Of a DNA stretch of 64,000 nucleotides, positions 45,510 through 59,700 are shown piece after piece (positions within the stretch are counted from its first letter, which is position 1; each line of letters opens with the position of its first letter). The DNA lies in NCBI GenBank assembly GCA_001643675.2, contig LSRY02000057.1, positions 124,001-188,000 on the forward strand, given 5' to 3'. The position numbers and the translations under genes were made by a program. The notes under the pieces are model-generated. The model saw only the letters and a list, made by a program, of their open reading frames with translations. It made no database searches and was not told where the DNA came from. Source of the DNA: Monocercomonoides exilis PA203 (lineage: Eukaryota; Protista; Preaxostyla).

Positions 45510-47975
45510 CTACTTTTTGCTTGGCGGTCTCTTGTCGTTAGTCTCCTCGATGACCTTCAGCTGCTTCTGGTAGTCGTCCTTGAACTTGTTCCGGATAAAC
45601 TCGCGCTTCATCTTGAAGGAGGCTGTCATGCACTTGTTGCTGTCTGTCCACTCTTCCTCACACACAACAAGCCCTCTTGGTATCTCGAAACGCCGGATTT
45701 TGTCTCTGTTCTCGTCGCTCGTCTTCTGCAGCTGCTTCAGTATGAACGACATCAGCTGCGTATCGTGTGAGAGCGCCCTCCGAAGCGACATGGGAACTTT
45801 GAAGGAGTCTCCCGAAGAGGAAGAGGAGGAAGAGGACGAGGAAGAAGAAGAAGAAGAAGAGGAAGAAGAAGAAGATGATGAAGCGCTTTCCACCACAGGC
45901 TCTGTCTGCTGCTCCTCCTCTCCTTCTGTCCATTTCCCTTCCCAGTACTTCTTCACTGCTCCATTCCCCCAACTCTCTGCGCCTGTCTCTTCTTTCATCT
46001 CCTGGCTCAGCAGCGTATCCCACTCCGGCACAGCAAACGCCACCAGCGCCGACGCTGTTGATGGGCCATACACCATCAGCTGGTGCAGATACGGGTTCTT
46101 CTCCACAAACACCTCCTCCAGCCGCTCTGCACAGATGAACTCGCCCTGCGACAGCTTGAAGATGTTCTTCCTTCTGTCAATGATCTTCAGCGAGTCCATC
46201 GGCTTGCCGTCGTCGCCTGGGTAGATCCCTTCCACCCACATTCCCACATCTCCTGTCTTGAAGAAGCCGTCCTCGTCAAACGCTGCTTTCGTCGCCTCAG
46301 GATCCTTGTAGTATCCCAGAAACACCTGCGGGCCTCTAACCAAGATTTCGCCTCTCGGATACGGCTTGTCGTGGACTGAGTAGTCCATCTCTGGGATCGA
46401 CTTCAGCCGCACCTCTGAGCCCGGATAAGGCGCGCCCACGTTTCCGAAGTCGAAGCCGATGATCTGCCCGCACGTGATGCACGCTGTTGACTCGGTGAGC
46501 CCGTAGCCTTCCGCGATGATGCAGCCGAGGCAGACGGAGATGAACTCGGAAATGTGTGGCGGCAGAGACGCTGCCCCGTTGTACACAATTCGAATGCGTC
46601 CGCCCATCTTCTCTTTGATCTGGTTAAATACAAGCGCATCTCCCCATTTGGCTTCTTGGTCTGAGGAGGAATGAATGTTATGTATGCATCATTTGAATGA
46701 AAATCAAAAAAATAAAATTTTAAAAAAAATTTTTTTTTATTATTAATGAGAAATCACAAACGAGGAAATCCAGCTTTCAGCTTCTTTAACTTTGCGTTGT
46801 AGGCGATGTTGAATGCCCATCTCTTCAGCCAGTTGGACGACTCAATTTGAGAGTATATTTTGGAGTATGTTTTTGAGAACACACGAGGAACACCTGACCA
46901 TTGCAAAGTCACATCAAAAAGAATTATGATTTTTATTGTTGCACAAATATTTCGAAATATTAATATAAAAAAAGAATACATCGTCACATTACCTGGCAAG
47001 ATTGTTGGACGCAACGCAGCAATATCGTCGCTGATTGTTGTCATTGTGCCTGAATAATATCCGAGTGCACAGCCAAACTGAAGAATGGTAATCTCCAGCA
47101 AGCGAGCAAATATATGGGCAAGAGGCAGATAAGAAATCATGTAATCCTGTTGGTCCGGAGGTGGAGGTGGAGCTCGGGTCATCAGCATAATCGCACCAGA
47201 GCATATGTTGCGGTGAGAGATTATTGCTCCCTTTGGCGTTCCTGTTGTTCCAGATGTGTACACGATTGTGAAAACATCTTCTGGCTTCGGGACAACATCA
47301 GGAACGGGCTTTGATTTTCCAAGAGCAACAATATCCGAAAAACGATGTGTTGCACCTTCTGGGCACGGTGCGCCAGGCTTTGTTGGATCATCAATAACAA
47401 TCACATACTGCAAAAGTGGAGCGATTCCTTTGCTTCTCATATCAGCGACAAACTGAACTTTATCAGATGTTAAAATAACAGCTTTCGAATCTGAATGAGT
47501 AATAATAAACTGACACTCCGCAGCTTGGTAAGAATCATACACAGGAACCGAAACGAGAGACTGAACACAGCAGGCATAATCAGAAACTGCCCATTCAGGA
47601 CAATTCTTAGCGAAAATTGCAACATGATCACCCGGATTTAATCCAAGATTTCTTAATCCAGAAGCAAAACACGTAACAATCTCATCAACTTCGCGATATT
47701 TCATAAATACATACGGACCCTTTAAAATATTAAAATAGAGGTTATTTCGATTAACATAAAGAAATCTTGTTGAAAAAATAAATTAATATATTATTCAAAA
47801 CTCTTTTAGTTGTGCCAGGAATGTATTGGCGAAAACCAAGAAAATCATTTTCAGCAAATGTAACTGTATTCTCCCTAAACAAACGGTAAACAGTAAGTCC
47901 GTCAAGCTTGTAATATGAATGTGAGTAGGGTGTAAGTTTCGAGCAGGTATGAATCGGTGTTACGTCCGAGCTCAT
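45510..47975 (-). CDS. ACSL: Long-chain fatty acyl-CoA synthetase (AMP-binding, ACSL/LACS type)
   Basis: Four exons; introns at 47801-47720, 46992-46894 and 46761-46661. Motifs YTSGTTGTPKG, SYLPLAHIF, PGVPRVF, EGYGLTES, PRGEILVRGP, FFKTGDVG and IIDRRKNIFKLSQGEFI. Confidence 0.95.
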
Positions 47976-48111
47976 TTATCAATTGATTCTTGATTCAGAG
48001 AGATTTTTACAAATTGAAAGCCTGATCAAAAAAGTAATACATATATAACAAATTTTTTAAACGCGAAAAGCTCTTTTCAACATAAAGAAAAGTTCACGGA
48101 GTGAGTAATTT
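47976..48111. promoter_or_regulatory. Compact bidirectional promoter region ACSL/SMYD
   Basis: Only 136 bp between divergent ATGs, with GATCAAA (TTTGATC on the minus strand) at 48024-48030. Confidence 0.6.
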
Positions 48112-50296
48112 ATGATATCTTCAGAAGAAAATTTTCATTTGAGCTTTTCACAAGAAAAAGGATATTCCGCTATCGCGCCTCACGAAATGAAAAAAGGAGA
48201 TCTTGCATTAATTGAAAAACCACTTGCATATTCTATCATTTCATCAGAAAATCAACGTCGTTGTCATAATTGTTTTAAAGTCTGTGAACCTTCAAAACTT
48301 CTGCAATGCTCTCAATGCAAATGGACGAAGTATTGCAGCCCTGAATGTCAAAAATCACATTGGAAGCAAGGAAGGCACAAACTCGAATGCCAGATTCTTA
48401 AATCAACACATCATGCATCATTAAGAGAATCTATGTTACTTTCGCTGAGATTAATTCTATATTTAAAATCAGAAACACAAACCTCTAACAACACTGAAAT
48501 ACTTCCTTTTTCAACAAAGGTAAACGACCGTTCTTGTCCTTCAAAGGAGGAAATAGACAAATTTAATTCCCAGTCACTGCCTAGAAAAATCAAGCATCAA
48601 GTTAGTGATGTTCTTCGCCTCATATCTCATCGAGATAAACAATCTGAGATGGGACTTCACTTAATTAGCAGCGTGGCATCGATGATTCTATCAATAATGA
48701 ATTATGATAGTGAAAAATCAGCATTTCACATGAAAGAATGCAATGTTTTAGAAGAAATCGTTGAACTTATTCTTCGACAGAAATACAATGGAATTAACAT
48801 TTGCGATGAAGATTTGAAAGGAATTGCGACAAGCCTGTTTCCTCGACTGTCATTCTTCAATCACAGCTGCTGCCCAAATTGCGTTCCTTCGTTTGATTCG
48901 TTTGGAACACTTTATGTACGCACGATTCGAAAAGTGAATGAAGGAGAAGAGCTATCGATTGGGTATATCGACAATGGATTGGGACTTATTACAAGACAAG
49001 CCCTTCTTAGCGAAGGCTGGCTGTTTTGCTGTGAATGTGAAAGATGTCAAAATGAAATGAAGACAACAGAATTCGACGAGGAGTTAGAACTGAAAGCGGA
49101 TGCCAAAGATGAGATTTCTTCAGACACAGCAATTGAAAGACAAAAAACAGAGACTGAAGAAAAAGAGACATTAGAACGCAAAGATGAGAATGAAACAAAA
49201 CTTCGCGTTTTTCTATCTTCGTTTGTGTGCTCATGTGGAGGCACGTTGTTTCCGTTATATGTGAAACATTCTGCAGTTGGCAATGCTTCAAATGAAAGTG
49301 AGCCTACGCAAAAAGACGAAACAAAAGAAGCAGAAACAAGTTCATCGTCTTCACAACCATCTTCTTCATCAACTGCTTCCTCTTCTCCAACTGCTGCTTC
49401 TTCAATTGATTCACTAATGGCATCTCTTCCATCAATACAAACATTTTCGTGCAACAAATGCCACAAAACACTGTCAAGAGCCGAGCTGACAGAGTTAAGC
49501 AAGCACACTTCTGTGATCGACGGAGAAAGCATGCGAGCAAAGAACGAGACAAATCCCAAAGTGGCAGCGGCAACCACAGCAAGAGTGATTCAGATGATGA
49601 CATCAACCAAAAAGACAACAATTTCACAGGAAAAGTCGAGCAACACACCTTCAAATGACACGCCTTCTGAGGCGGAAGACTCAAAAAAGGAAGAAATTGA
49701 GTTTATTATTCCAAAATATCATCCATATAACGGACATCTCATTCAGGAGGAGTTGAGGCTTTTCCATTTGTACATCGATTTATCTCGCTTTGAAAATGCC
49801 CTTGCTTTGGGCGAGAAGCTGCTAAATAAACTTATCTGTATGCTTTCATTTTTCTATTTGAAAAAACAAAGTATATTAACCATTTTAACGACAATTGATT
49901 TCGAATTTCTTTCGATTCACTTTCTTCTTATAAACTCTTATAACCATGTTCCATTTTTTATTCAACTTTTTTGATACAGATGCGCAGGGTGGAGTGACAT
50001 CACCAATTGTTGGGTTGCATTACGCAGCACTGGCAAAACTGGACATGCTGTTTTCGCATCAAAAAGAGGCATTTGAATATTTCAAAAAGGTATTTTCTTT
50101 TTTCTTTCTTTTTTTGAAAAATTAATTTAATTTTAATTCTGATTTTTTTAAATTTTCTCTTTATATCGACTTGTTTTTAACTTACTTCAATTGAAAAAAG
50201 GCTGCTTCCATTCTGGCTGTCACTCATCCACCTTTTTCGGTTTATCTTCGCGAAATACTTGAGAACATAAAAGATGCAAAAGCTGCAGGGCTTTGA
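48112..50296 (+). CDS. SET and MYND domain (SMYD-type) lysine methyltransferase
   Basis: Split SET N-part (KGYSAIA..KKGDLALIEKP), MYND finger CHNC..CSQCKWTKYCSPECQKSHW..HKLEC, FFNHSCCPNC, EELSIGYID and post-SET FCCECERC. Introns 49838-49979 and 50090-50200 add a SMYD-like C-terminus SPIVGLHYAALAKL..KAASILAVTHP. Confidence 0.9.
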
Positions 50297-50771
50297 ACAT
50301 TGCACAAACGAACTACTTTCGACAAATGTCATCAACAAGCCAGTCGCTTTCAAAAAATTTATGTATTTGAACATGAAACTCTGAGAAGTTCAACTTGGCG
50401 AAGCGAATCGTATCCATAAATGATTTCTTTAATCAAATATTTATTTCCAAAGATGGAAACTTAATCACTAAGAATTCCTACAAAAGTCCCAAACATTACC
50501 GGAATTATATCTGTCACATTTAAGCGAAGAAGCATTTTCTAATACTGTTTTTCCGAAAGAGATTTCATATGCTTTATTGCTGAAAAACTATTTAGAAAGA
50601 AAATAAACATTTTCAACTTTGAATGCATTTTTTCTTTTTTTATTCATGCTCATGTTTCCTTTTTAAAAGCTAATGCTTTCTGATATTTGAACATTTTGTT
50701 CTATTTCAAGATAGAAACAATTTTTCAAAACGCAACAAATATTGAACAAAAAATAGTGGGATACATCAGAA

Positions 50772-53700
50772 ATGCTAGATGATTTTCCTGACGATATACT
50801 TCATTTAATATGCAATTTTTTATCGCTATCTGATCTTCGAAACCTCTGCTATGTTTCAAATAAATTAAGAAGAGTAGCATTTCATTGCTATAAAACAAAG
50901 TGCCTGCAATATAAACAAGCTGTTCTTTCGTTGTTTTCCCCAGCAAAATACGAATTTAAGAGTCCTCTTCTGCAATGCTTTTATAACCCTAAACAATTTA
51001 CTTTTCCAATATATGTTCAACTGCTACTTCTTTCTCCAAATTTTGTTATCAGTGATTCAATGTCTTATTTAACTATCAGTCCGGGCATGATCGACTCTGT
51101 TTGCGAACGCGCTCTTTTTCGATCTGGACTATTAAAATGTGGATGCATCCTTGCCATTTCTGAGATTTCATTCACACGAGTTGTATTTCGTCCGGTAACT
51201 TTTGAAGAATTAAATTTAAATCCACCAGCAGCACCAATTCAACTTTCTGTTCAGAAAAAAAATCAAAAATTTTTATTTAATCAAGTTCAAACTCCTTTGA
51301 AAGAACAACCACCATTGACTCCGTTTTTTGAAGCTCTTCCATTGATTGGAATGCCTCGAAAAGCATCTGAGCTTGAATTTTCAACGAACATCGAATCATT
51401 TCTTCAATCAGAGGAATTTGCAACTGAGGGAATTAGCACAGATGCGATGGAGCATTTGAATACCGACCAACTTCTCAATTGCGAACAACAAAAATCCTCG
51501 TTTTATTTTCTTCGTTCACTCCATTCTTCACGATACCAAAAAGTGTTTACAAAAATTCCATCCTCGACAATTTCCGATCATATTCTCGCTGAGTTCCTTT
51601 TGGCAATCAGTCCATTATCGCTTTACACTTCAAATGAAAAGTCTGGTTCTGTGGCTCGTGCTGGAAAACATTCTCTGATGAGGAGGAGAAGGATGAGAGC
51701 GAAAAGGAAGCATAGACGTCAAAAAAAGCAATGGAAACACAAAAGAAGGAAAGCAAGACTCAACGCTAGAAGACGTACAAATGAAACAGAAGAAGATGGC
51801 GAAACGGATGAGGAAGAGGAAGAAGAGGAAGAAGAAGAGGAGGAAGAAGAAGAGGAGGAAGATGAGGAAGAGGAAGAAGAAGAGGAAGAGGAGGAAGATG
51901 AAGACGACGACGAAGAAGAAGATGATGAAGACGAGGAGGAAGAGGAAGAAGAAGAAAAAGATTCTGACGAAAATAAATCTCGTCATTTGTACAATCAAAC
52001 AGGAAATAAAAACGTTAGCATTAAATTGACTGAAAACGATACAAATTCACATTCAGAAGTGAGAATAGAACGCAAAACAGACGACAACACTTCCGTCAAG
52101 CAGAAGAAGTTCCAACGGCCATCACAACGAAACAAACAGAAGAAAGAAGAGCCAAAAGCGATTGATTATCGGCCAATGCTGCAAGTCCTTGCTCGCGAAC
52201 TGGAGTCAGACAAGGAAAAGAAAAAGAAAGAGGAGAAAATCAAAATGATGCGGACGAAAAAAGGCTTCAGCACAGAAAGAGTCACAATCGTTGCACTGAG
52301 GCGAGAAACGAAGAGAGAAGTGATGAAAGGTGCTCCGATTCTCAGCTTAGCTGCCTCTTCTTCTTCATCTTCATCTTCCTCTTCCTCCTTCTCTTCCTCT
52401 TCTTCCTTAACAGCAGCATCTTCAACCGCTTCACCAGCAGCATCTTCTCCAGTGCCCGTTTTGTCCTCTTCTGCATCTTTACCTTCGTCTTTGGGATTGA
52501 TGCCAGCAACTCCCATCACTTTGACAGACGCTCTGCAGACTTCTCAGCCTCAGAACCCAGCTAGCATTTCACAACCAGTTCAAATTGATGCACAACCAGA
52601 CATTTTGAAGGAATCGTCCTCAAAACAGCTGGCTCACTTCGATTCTTCGGCAGCTGAAGAGACTCAGCTTTTCTCAAGTCATTTTTCTGAAGAAAAATCA
52701 AACAGCTCTGAAACAACAGAAACATTTGATGGAACTCTTCCGACTGCTCTTGCAGAAAACGATGTGTTGAATGAAGCTCCAAAAGAAGACTCGAAGAAAT
52801 CAGAAGATTGGGCGGGAGAATCAGAATCAGAAGTGGCTGAGGCAGAAAGTGACGTTGACAACAATCAACTGACACACTTATACAAAATGATGCCTTACGC
52901 AACTCGTTCCAATCGGAGTATATCGCCTATTCATCAAAAGCCCATGCAGCATCACTATTCTTACACTGCTTTGCCGAAAACACCGAGTGCTTCTGCAGGT
53001 TCCGATGAGACAAAGGTGTTTGACAACATCAATGAAGAGATTAACTTTAGCAATCCAATGTTTTCCCATTCTTCTTCTCAAGGTCAAATTTCTTTCGCAC
53101 ACAAACGTCACAAGCATTCTGCCGTTCCCTTTTCAAAGTCGTATTCGATCCCGTTTCCTCTATCGAAGGACCCATCTGCCTCGTCTAGCTCGTCCTCAGA
53201 GCATCTTTCGACGCTTCCTCCTTCTTCGTCTGACACATTCAACGACCCACACGTCTTTTCCATTGCCTCGTCTGCCTGCCCATCGCGTTCTCACTCGCCA
53301 ACTTGTGCTCCTGTTCGTTCCAGCTCTGTACCATGCTTCAGAAGAAGAACACTTGCGGACAAGCAGATTGAGGAGGAGGAAGAAGAAGGCATAGAAGATG
53401 AGAGAGAGAGAAAGAAGGAAGAAGAGGAAGTGAAAGAAGATTTGTTTGATGGAAAAGAAACTGACATCGCAAATGACGTAGAAGCAACATTTGAAAAGAA
53501 TAATTTGGAATATTCTGACGATGAGAAGGATAACGCAGAAAGAAAAGAGATTGATCAATCAGATAAAACAGAAGGAAAGGTATTGAATCAAGCAGATCTC
53601 GAAACAAGTAAAAGAAACACTGACGATATTGCAGCCAATAGTTCTGAAGAAAACAAGAGTGAAGAGAAAGAATTAGAAGGAAAAGTGGAAGAAAAAGACA

Positions 53701-56700
53701 AAGTTGACTTTATTGAAGATACAAGCGACGATGAAGAATTTGTCGATATTCCTCCGTTTTTCTTTGATGAGAGCGATTTGGGCAACAAAAGCAACAGTTC
53801 AAACGGACCAACAATGTTTGATATGCATTCAAGTTTGCCATCCAGCAGCAGATTGGATTTGCCACGCAATTCTCAGACTTCTCTCATTGAAGAGATGGGC
53901 GGAAACAAAAACAATGCAAGCAATGAATTGAAAATGGAGCATTTTCAAGATGGCTCACCTGAACAACTTACTTTGGATGAAGCAGAAGATGATACCAAAA
54001 GACTAAACGGGAAAGCTGAAAACATGGATAATAAGCATCAATCCATTTCCACTTTGCCAAACAGACAAGATGAAGACAAAAGCAAATCAGCGGATGACAC
54101 AAAGAATTCTGAAGGTTATTCCTCAAAAACAAATACTGTTGAAAAGGAAGGCAAAGAAAAATTATCTGAAACAAACGATGATGCAACAAACAAAAAGAAA
54201 GTACAATCAATGACTCAATCTTCTTCATCTGCAGAAAACAAAAATTCTGATTCTGCACCGATATTCCCCTTTTCATCGTTCGATCTAACTTTGCCCGATG
54301 CTCCACCAGACATCGAGTTCCACCGACTGTTTGATCTTCTCCTTTCGCGATTTCCATTACATCGCCCGTCATCTTCTTCAGTCGTATCCTTCTTGTCGCT
54401 TCTGATGGAAGACGAAAGAACAAACATATTTGTCCTGCTCGAATGCATTCATTATTTCGAGCAGCTAACATTTGTGTATCATCAAACTGCAACATCACGA
54501 GATCCGTTGCTCTTCAGATACGAACGAGAAGAGGAGGATGCGGCGTTTGATGACGATGAAGAAGACGATGACGAATATGATGATGAATGCAAAGAAGTTG
54601 AAAAAGCAAATGAAACAGCAAAACAAGGAGCTCACTCACCTGTTCCTCATCGACGTTTATCTTCTCGCCAGCAAAAGAAGGAATGCTTCAAAGAGCTTGT
54701 GTCAAGCAACATTCTGTCACGTGGCTTTACCGAAGTTGGTGCGGAGGGAAGCCAAACGTCGCTGGATAACACACTTTTGTGGATGCGAATGAAGATGCTG
54801 TTTGCTGAAGTCATCAAAAATAAAGAAAAAGTGTATTCTCTTCTTCTTCTTCTGGTTGAAGTGGAGTGGGTGCTGACCGTGACAATCCCGTTGCTGCGAG
54901 GAAGAGATAAGGCAATGAAGACAAAAGAAAAGAAAGAGCAGAAATTGAAGGAGAGCAAAGAAAGCAAAGAGAAAGAGAAAGAGAAAGAGAGTAAGGAAGT
55001 GGAAGAAAGAGACAGGAAAACTTCTGACTCAAACGAAATTTTGAAGCAGATTTTGTTTGCACATTACATTTGTCCAATCAGTGAAGTATCAAAATACATG
55101 CCTGATGTCCCGACATCCAACATACCTTCACAAAATTCATCAGGTTTATCCTCGTCTCCTTTGGACGCTCAGTTTCAGCAGAAAACAGAATCATCCACAA
55201 AATCCACAACAAACGAAATACATCCGCTCTTCTGCCCTGGAGACACATTCTATCAACCATATCGCGAAAGTGCATTTTGCATACGTCCTTCTGTTCTGTC
55301 AAAGAAGAATCGCTTTTTTGGTGCATCTGCTTCTTCATCTTCTGCTCGGCAAAGCACAACTAATCCATCAAACACAAATTCAGTTACAGAAACAAAAAGT
55401 TCAAAAGGAAAGCTAAAAGAAAAGAAAGCATCGAAAGCAATGTTTAGCCATGAGAATGAGACAATGAAAACACAAGTTTTATCGGATGACATTTCTCTGT
55501 CTGCAAATGATGTTTCTTTGGAGAATCGATCATCTGAATTTAACACATCAAAAGAAGAGCAAATGGATGACACATCGACAAATGATTCAATGGCGAATGA
55601 ATCTACACAAGAAAGTGACAATTCAATAGACAACAGCCCAACTTTAGAATTCAAAGAAGAACCAGTTGTTGACACAGAGAATTCTGTCAAAAGTGATATG
55701 TCTGATTTCGATGAAAAGAAAGAACTTCACACAGAAGCGAAACACAAAAGAAAAATACATCAGCAAACAGCAGAGGAAAGCAAGGAGTCACAAAAACAGG
55801 AAACAAGCGAAGAAACTCAAATCAGCGATCAAAAGGATGATGATTCAATGGTACACAAAGAAATGCACAAAGACGAGGAATATACAGAAAAAGACGAATT
55901 GTTTGAGAGAGAACAAGAAGAGGAAGAGGCACGTGAAGAAAGAGAGGAAATTGAACGGGAGGAAATTGAATGGGAAAAAGTGATTCAAAGTGATGACGAA
56001 AACACAGACGAATCCGAAAAGACGAATGATATAACAGTATCAACACAAAATGAAGAAGCCAAACAAATGGACTACACAGCAGCAGAAGAACAAACCCCAT
56101 CAACTTTACACTCAACAGACCAGCTTTCTTTGCCTCTTCCATCTCTTATTTCATTGCAAGCAAAATCTTCATCTGTGTCAGAATTTTCTTCTCCACATTT
56201 ATCAGATTCTTCTGCTCCTTTACAGATTCCATCTTCCTTATCAAATGAATCTCATTCAAATTTATCCGAAAAGAATTCTGAACAGAACACAGAGTTAATC
56301 TCACAATCTGCACTTTCGTCTCCCACAGCTGAAACGAAATCACCCAAGCTGTCGGATGTTGAGGTAAGCAAAACGTTGCCTGCTCCTTCCTCCAATTCCT
56401 CGCATTTACACACAAAAACAGAATTACCAACACCTGAGCCACTTGCACAACAACCAACTCACCAGAAATTGCAAATACAAGTTCCACACACTGTTCAACA
56501 GACGCTTTCTCCTTTATCTCTTTCTCCACTTGCTATCCAGTTCCTGTTTCTTCTTGTTTGTCCTCCTTTTTCTTTTGTTCAACACAAATTGATGCGGAAA
56601 GCAATTTTGAAAGGAATATATGAATGCTGCTGTATTTTACTGAGAGTCAACAAACCGATTTGTCTAAACATAAACGGAAGAGCTGTAAACACAAAAACAT

Positions 56701-59700
56701 TGCATTTATCTCAACTTTCTTTAGCTCCTCAGACTAAAAATAACCCCATCAACATTCCGCAGTCTCCATTCCGCTGCTTCAATCCACTTCCTTTCAGCTT
56801 TTCTTTTCTTCTTCGCTTTCTTTCCCTTTCATCACCTTACTCAAACATCACACCATCACTTCAACAGTATTCATATCACCCAAATCATTCATTACAATCA
56901 TCACATCAGCAAATGTCTGTTAAAAGCACTTTGTTTTCTCAAAGTGAGATTAACAAGCAATCAATTGCTCAAAGAGGAAAGCTTCCTTCCTCATCCATTT
57001 CATTCTACACCCACATCACTCGGCATACCCTTGTTCTGCCTCCTCTGCTGAAAGGGCTGCTGATTCAAGAAATGATACGCTGCACTTTTCGGACGAATGT
57101 TCCACTTTTTCTACGAAGGTCGTTCTTTATCACTGTGCTGACAGAGCTGTGCGTAATTCTTGGACTTGAAAAGGCAGAAAAAGAAAAAGAAAAAGAGAAG
57201 AAAAAAATTGCATCTTTCTCTCAGGATCATTCGCAGCAACATCCACAGCAGCAAGGAGTGTCTTCTTCTTTGGCAGCACTTTATCGTCGGACACTTCCAA
57301 AATGGATTTCGATGCGTCTTGATGAAGTGGAAGACGACATTCGCATTTCAGCTCCAGATAATCCATCAGAAGATACAGTCGATGTTAATGCAAAGAAAAT
57401 GAAAAAGTTAAAAAAAGCAAAGAAACATAAGAACATTCGAAGGAAAAATAGAAGGAGAGACGATGTTGACGACGAGTTTGCAGAAGACGAAGATGAAGGC
57501 GAAGATGCAGAAGAAGAAGAAGAGGACGAAGAGGAAGAAAGTGATGATGACGTTGAAACAGGAGTTGGCACATCACTTGAAGATAGTTCCACATCAACAT
57601 CTGAAAGTGAAAGTGAAGAAGAAGAAGAAGAAGAGGAAGAGGAAACTGAGACAGAGACAGAGACCGAGACAGAAACAGAAACAGAAACAGAAACAGAAAC
57701 AGAGACGGAGACTGAAGAAGAAGAAACAGACGAAGAAGCTAACACTCAAAGTAGCACTACCGACAAACCACGGAAAAGACATATCGTTATGAAAAAGAAG
57801 CGCAAAGTTGTTTTAGTTAAAAGGAAGAAAAAAATCAAAACCAAAAAAATGAAGTTAAAGAAACCAAAACAACCAAAGAAGAAGAAAAATCTATTTTGTG
57901 CAAACAGCACAGAAGACACATGGTCGCTTTCATCAGACTCAACAACACATGACACGGACATCGACAGCACTACAACAACAGAGGAATCAGACGAAGATGA
58001 CGACGAAGATGACGATGAAGCAGCGCTCGCAGCACGCCATTTGAATGCAGCAGAGAGAAGAGATTTTCTGAAGTGGTCTTGTTGTGTGGCAGTTATCCAG
58101 TGTCTATTCCCAGATGCCGATGAATGGGCACTCGATGGGCAGCGTGCACCAAGCGGAAAATGGAAGATGGAGTCTGTCTCTGCACAGCATTTGTCAGATG
58201 CTTCATCCCATTTATCAAATGATTCCTGCATAAATCTCACACATGCAGCATCTGCCTTGCACTCCAAAATGCAAAATGAACAAAAAAGATTTGAGAATAT
58301 CCAACAAGATTCTCGAATGCTGGAGTTTAAGTTTGGTTCCTTGGATTCAGGCACTTCAAATAGCAATAAACCACCTTTTCAACTCAATTCCACAGCTACT
58401 GCTGAATCTTCATCAACAAATAATTCGAATATTCTGTTTGTCGATGTTCCTCCACATATTTCTCCGAATCCTTATCCATTTGACAATGTTGATGACTACC
58501 TTGCGATTTTATCAACTTCATCAACATCATCTGCTTCTGTTAGTTCAAATGCGTCATATCAATCAACACAAAACAATTCAAAACACGCTACTCAGGCTAC
58601 ATCTTCTCAGTCATTGCTTATTAACGTGCTGTTTCATTCTTGTCTCTCTTTATCCCTTTCTGCAATAGCCGCACTTCTCTCAGCCGATACAATTGGAAGC
58701 CATGCAACAATACCTCGTGTGGTGTGGTGCAGATTCACTGAATGGGATGCAACTGAAATGGACACATCGATGTTTGTGGGTAGAGTGGCAAATGGAATAT
58801 TTACTCAAATCGCTGGATGCAACTTAGAGAATGAGCATTCAAATAAAGTTGACAATAACGATACTTTTGACAACCAAATTCTCAAAAATAATGAAGGAAA
58901 CAATACAAATGAATCGAAAGAAGATGAAACAAAGAGTAGAAGACGTGGCACATATCCAACCGAAGCTGATAAATGCATCATTTACAAGGCTTCTTCCCTG
59001 TCTCCCACTGTTTTTCACACTTCAGCTCAAACTCATCACACTCCCTTGACGTTTTCATCAAATGAGAACGCAACTGATCTCTTCAGTGAATGGATTGACG
59101 AACGAGGAGATCTTATAAAGTCTAACAAAACCAGTTTTATGTATGGAATTGCATCTTCCATTCCATTCTCGGAGAACAAAAGAATGCTGTGCAAAATTGT
59201 TGATCCATCACCGTCAAATGATAAAAAAAGCATTAACAACTTAAATAAATACATTATTTGTACGCGTACTAACAGAAACACGTTTCTGACTCCAAGTGGT
59301 TTCAGTAACAAATCAGATAATGAAAGCAATTTAGTTAATTTTTCTGAATGTCCTATGACTGTGCCATTTAACTTTTCTTCTTCACTTTCTCAAACGCAAG
59401 AGCAGCAAATAGAATTTCTTGATTATCCAAAAAATTCGACAGTTACATCATCAATCACACCCAAATCTTCACATACAGATTCAAAGCCAGTCATCATTCC
59501 TTTAATTAGAGATCTTTCATTCCCAAACCTCGTTGGATTCGTCGGAGGTTCCTGCTCTTTCCAGTTCTATCCGTTGCAGTCATTTGCATATGCATTCTCA
59601 TCGCTGGTGCGTGCTTCTTTTTTATCTTCTCGTTTCTTCTTTTTCATATCTCCAATGAACATCAATCCGGATAGAACACTTATTTGCACTTTTAGAAAGG

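Noticed and set aside
45510-45525. ACSL C-terminal SKK as a peroxisomal targeting signal
   Set aside because: PTS1 needs a terminal L/M-type residue, so SKK does not fit.
50300-50756. Upstream exons for the F-box giant or a separate small gene
   Set aside because: The donor/acceptor pairs I tried ran into stops. This cannot be resolved without transcripts.
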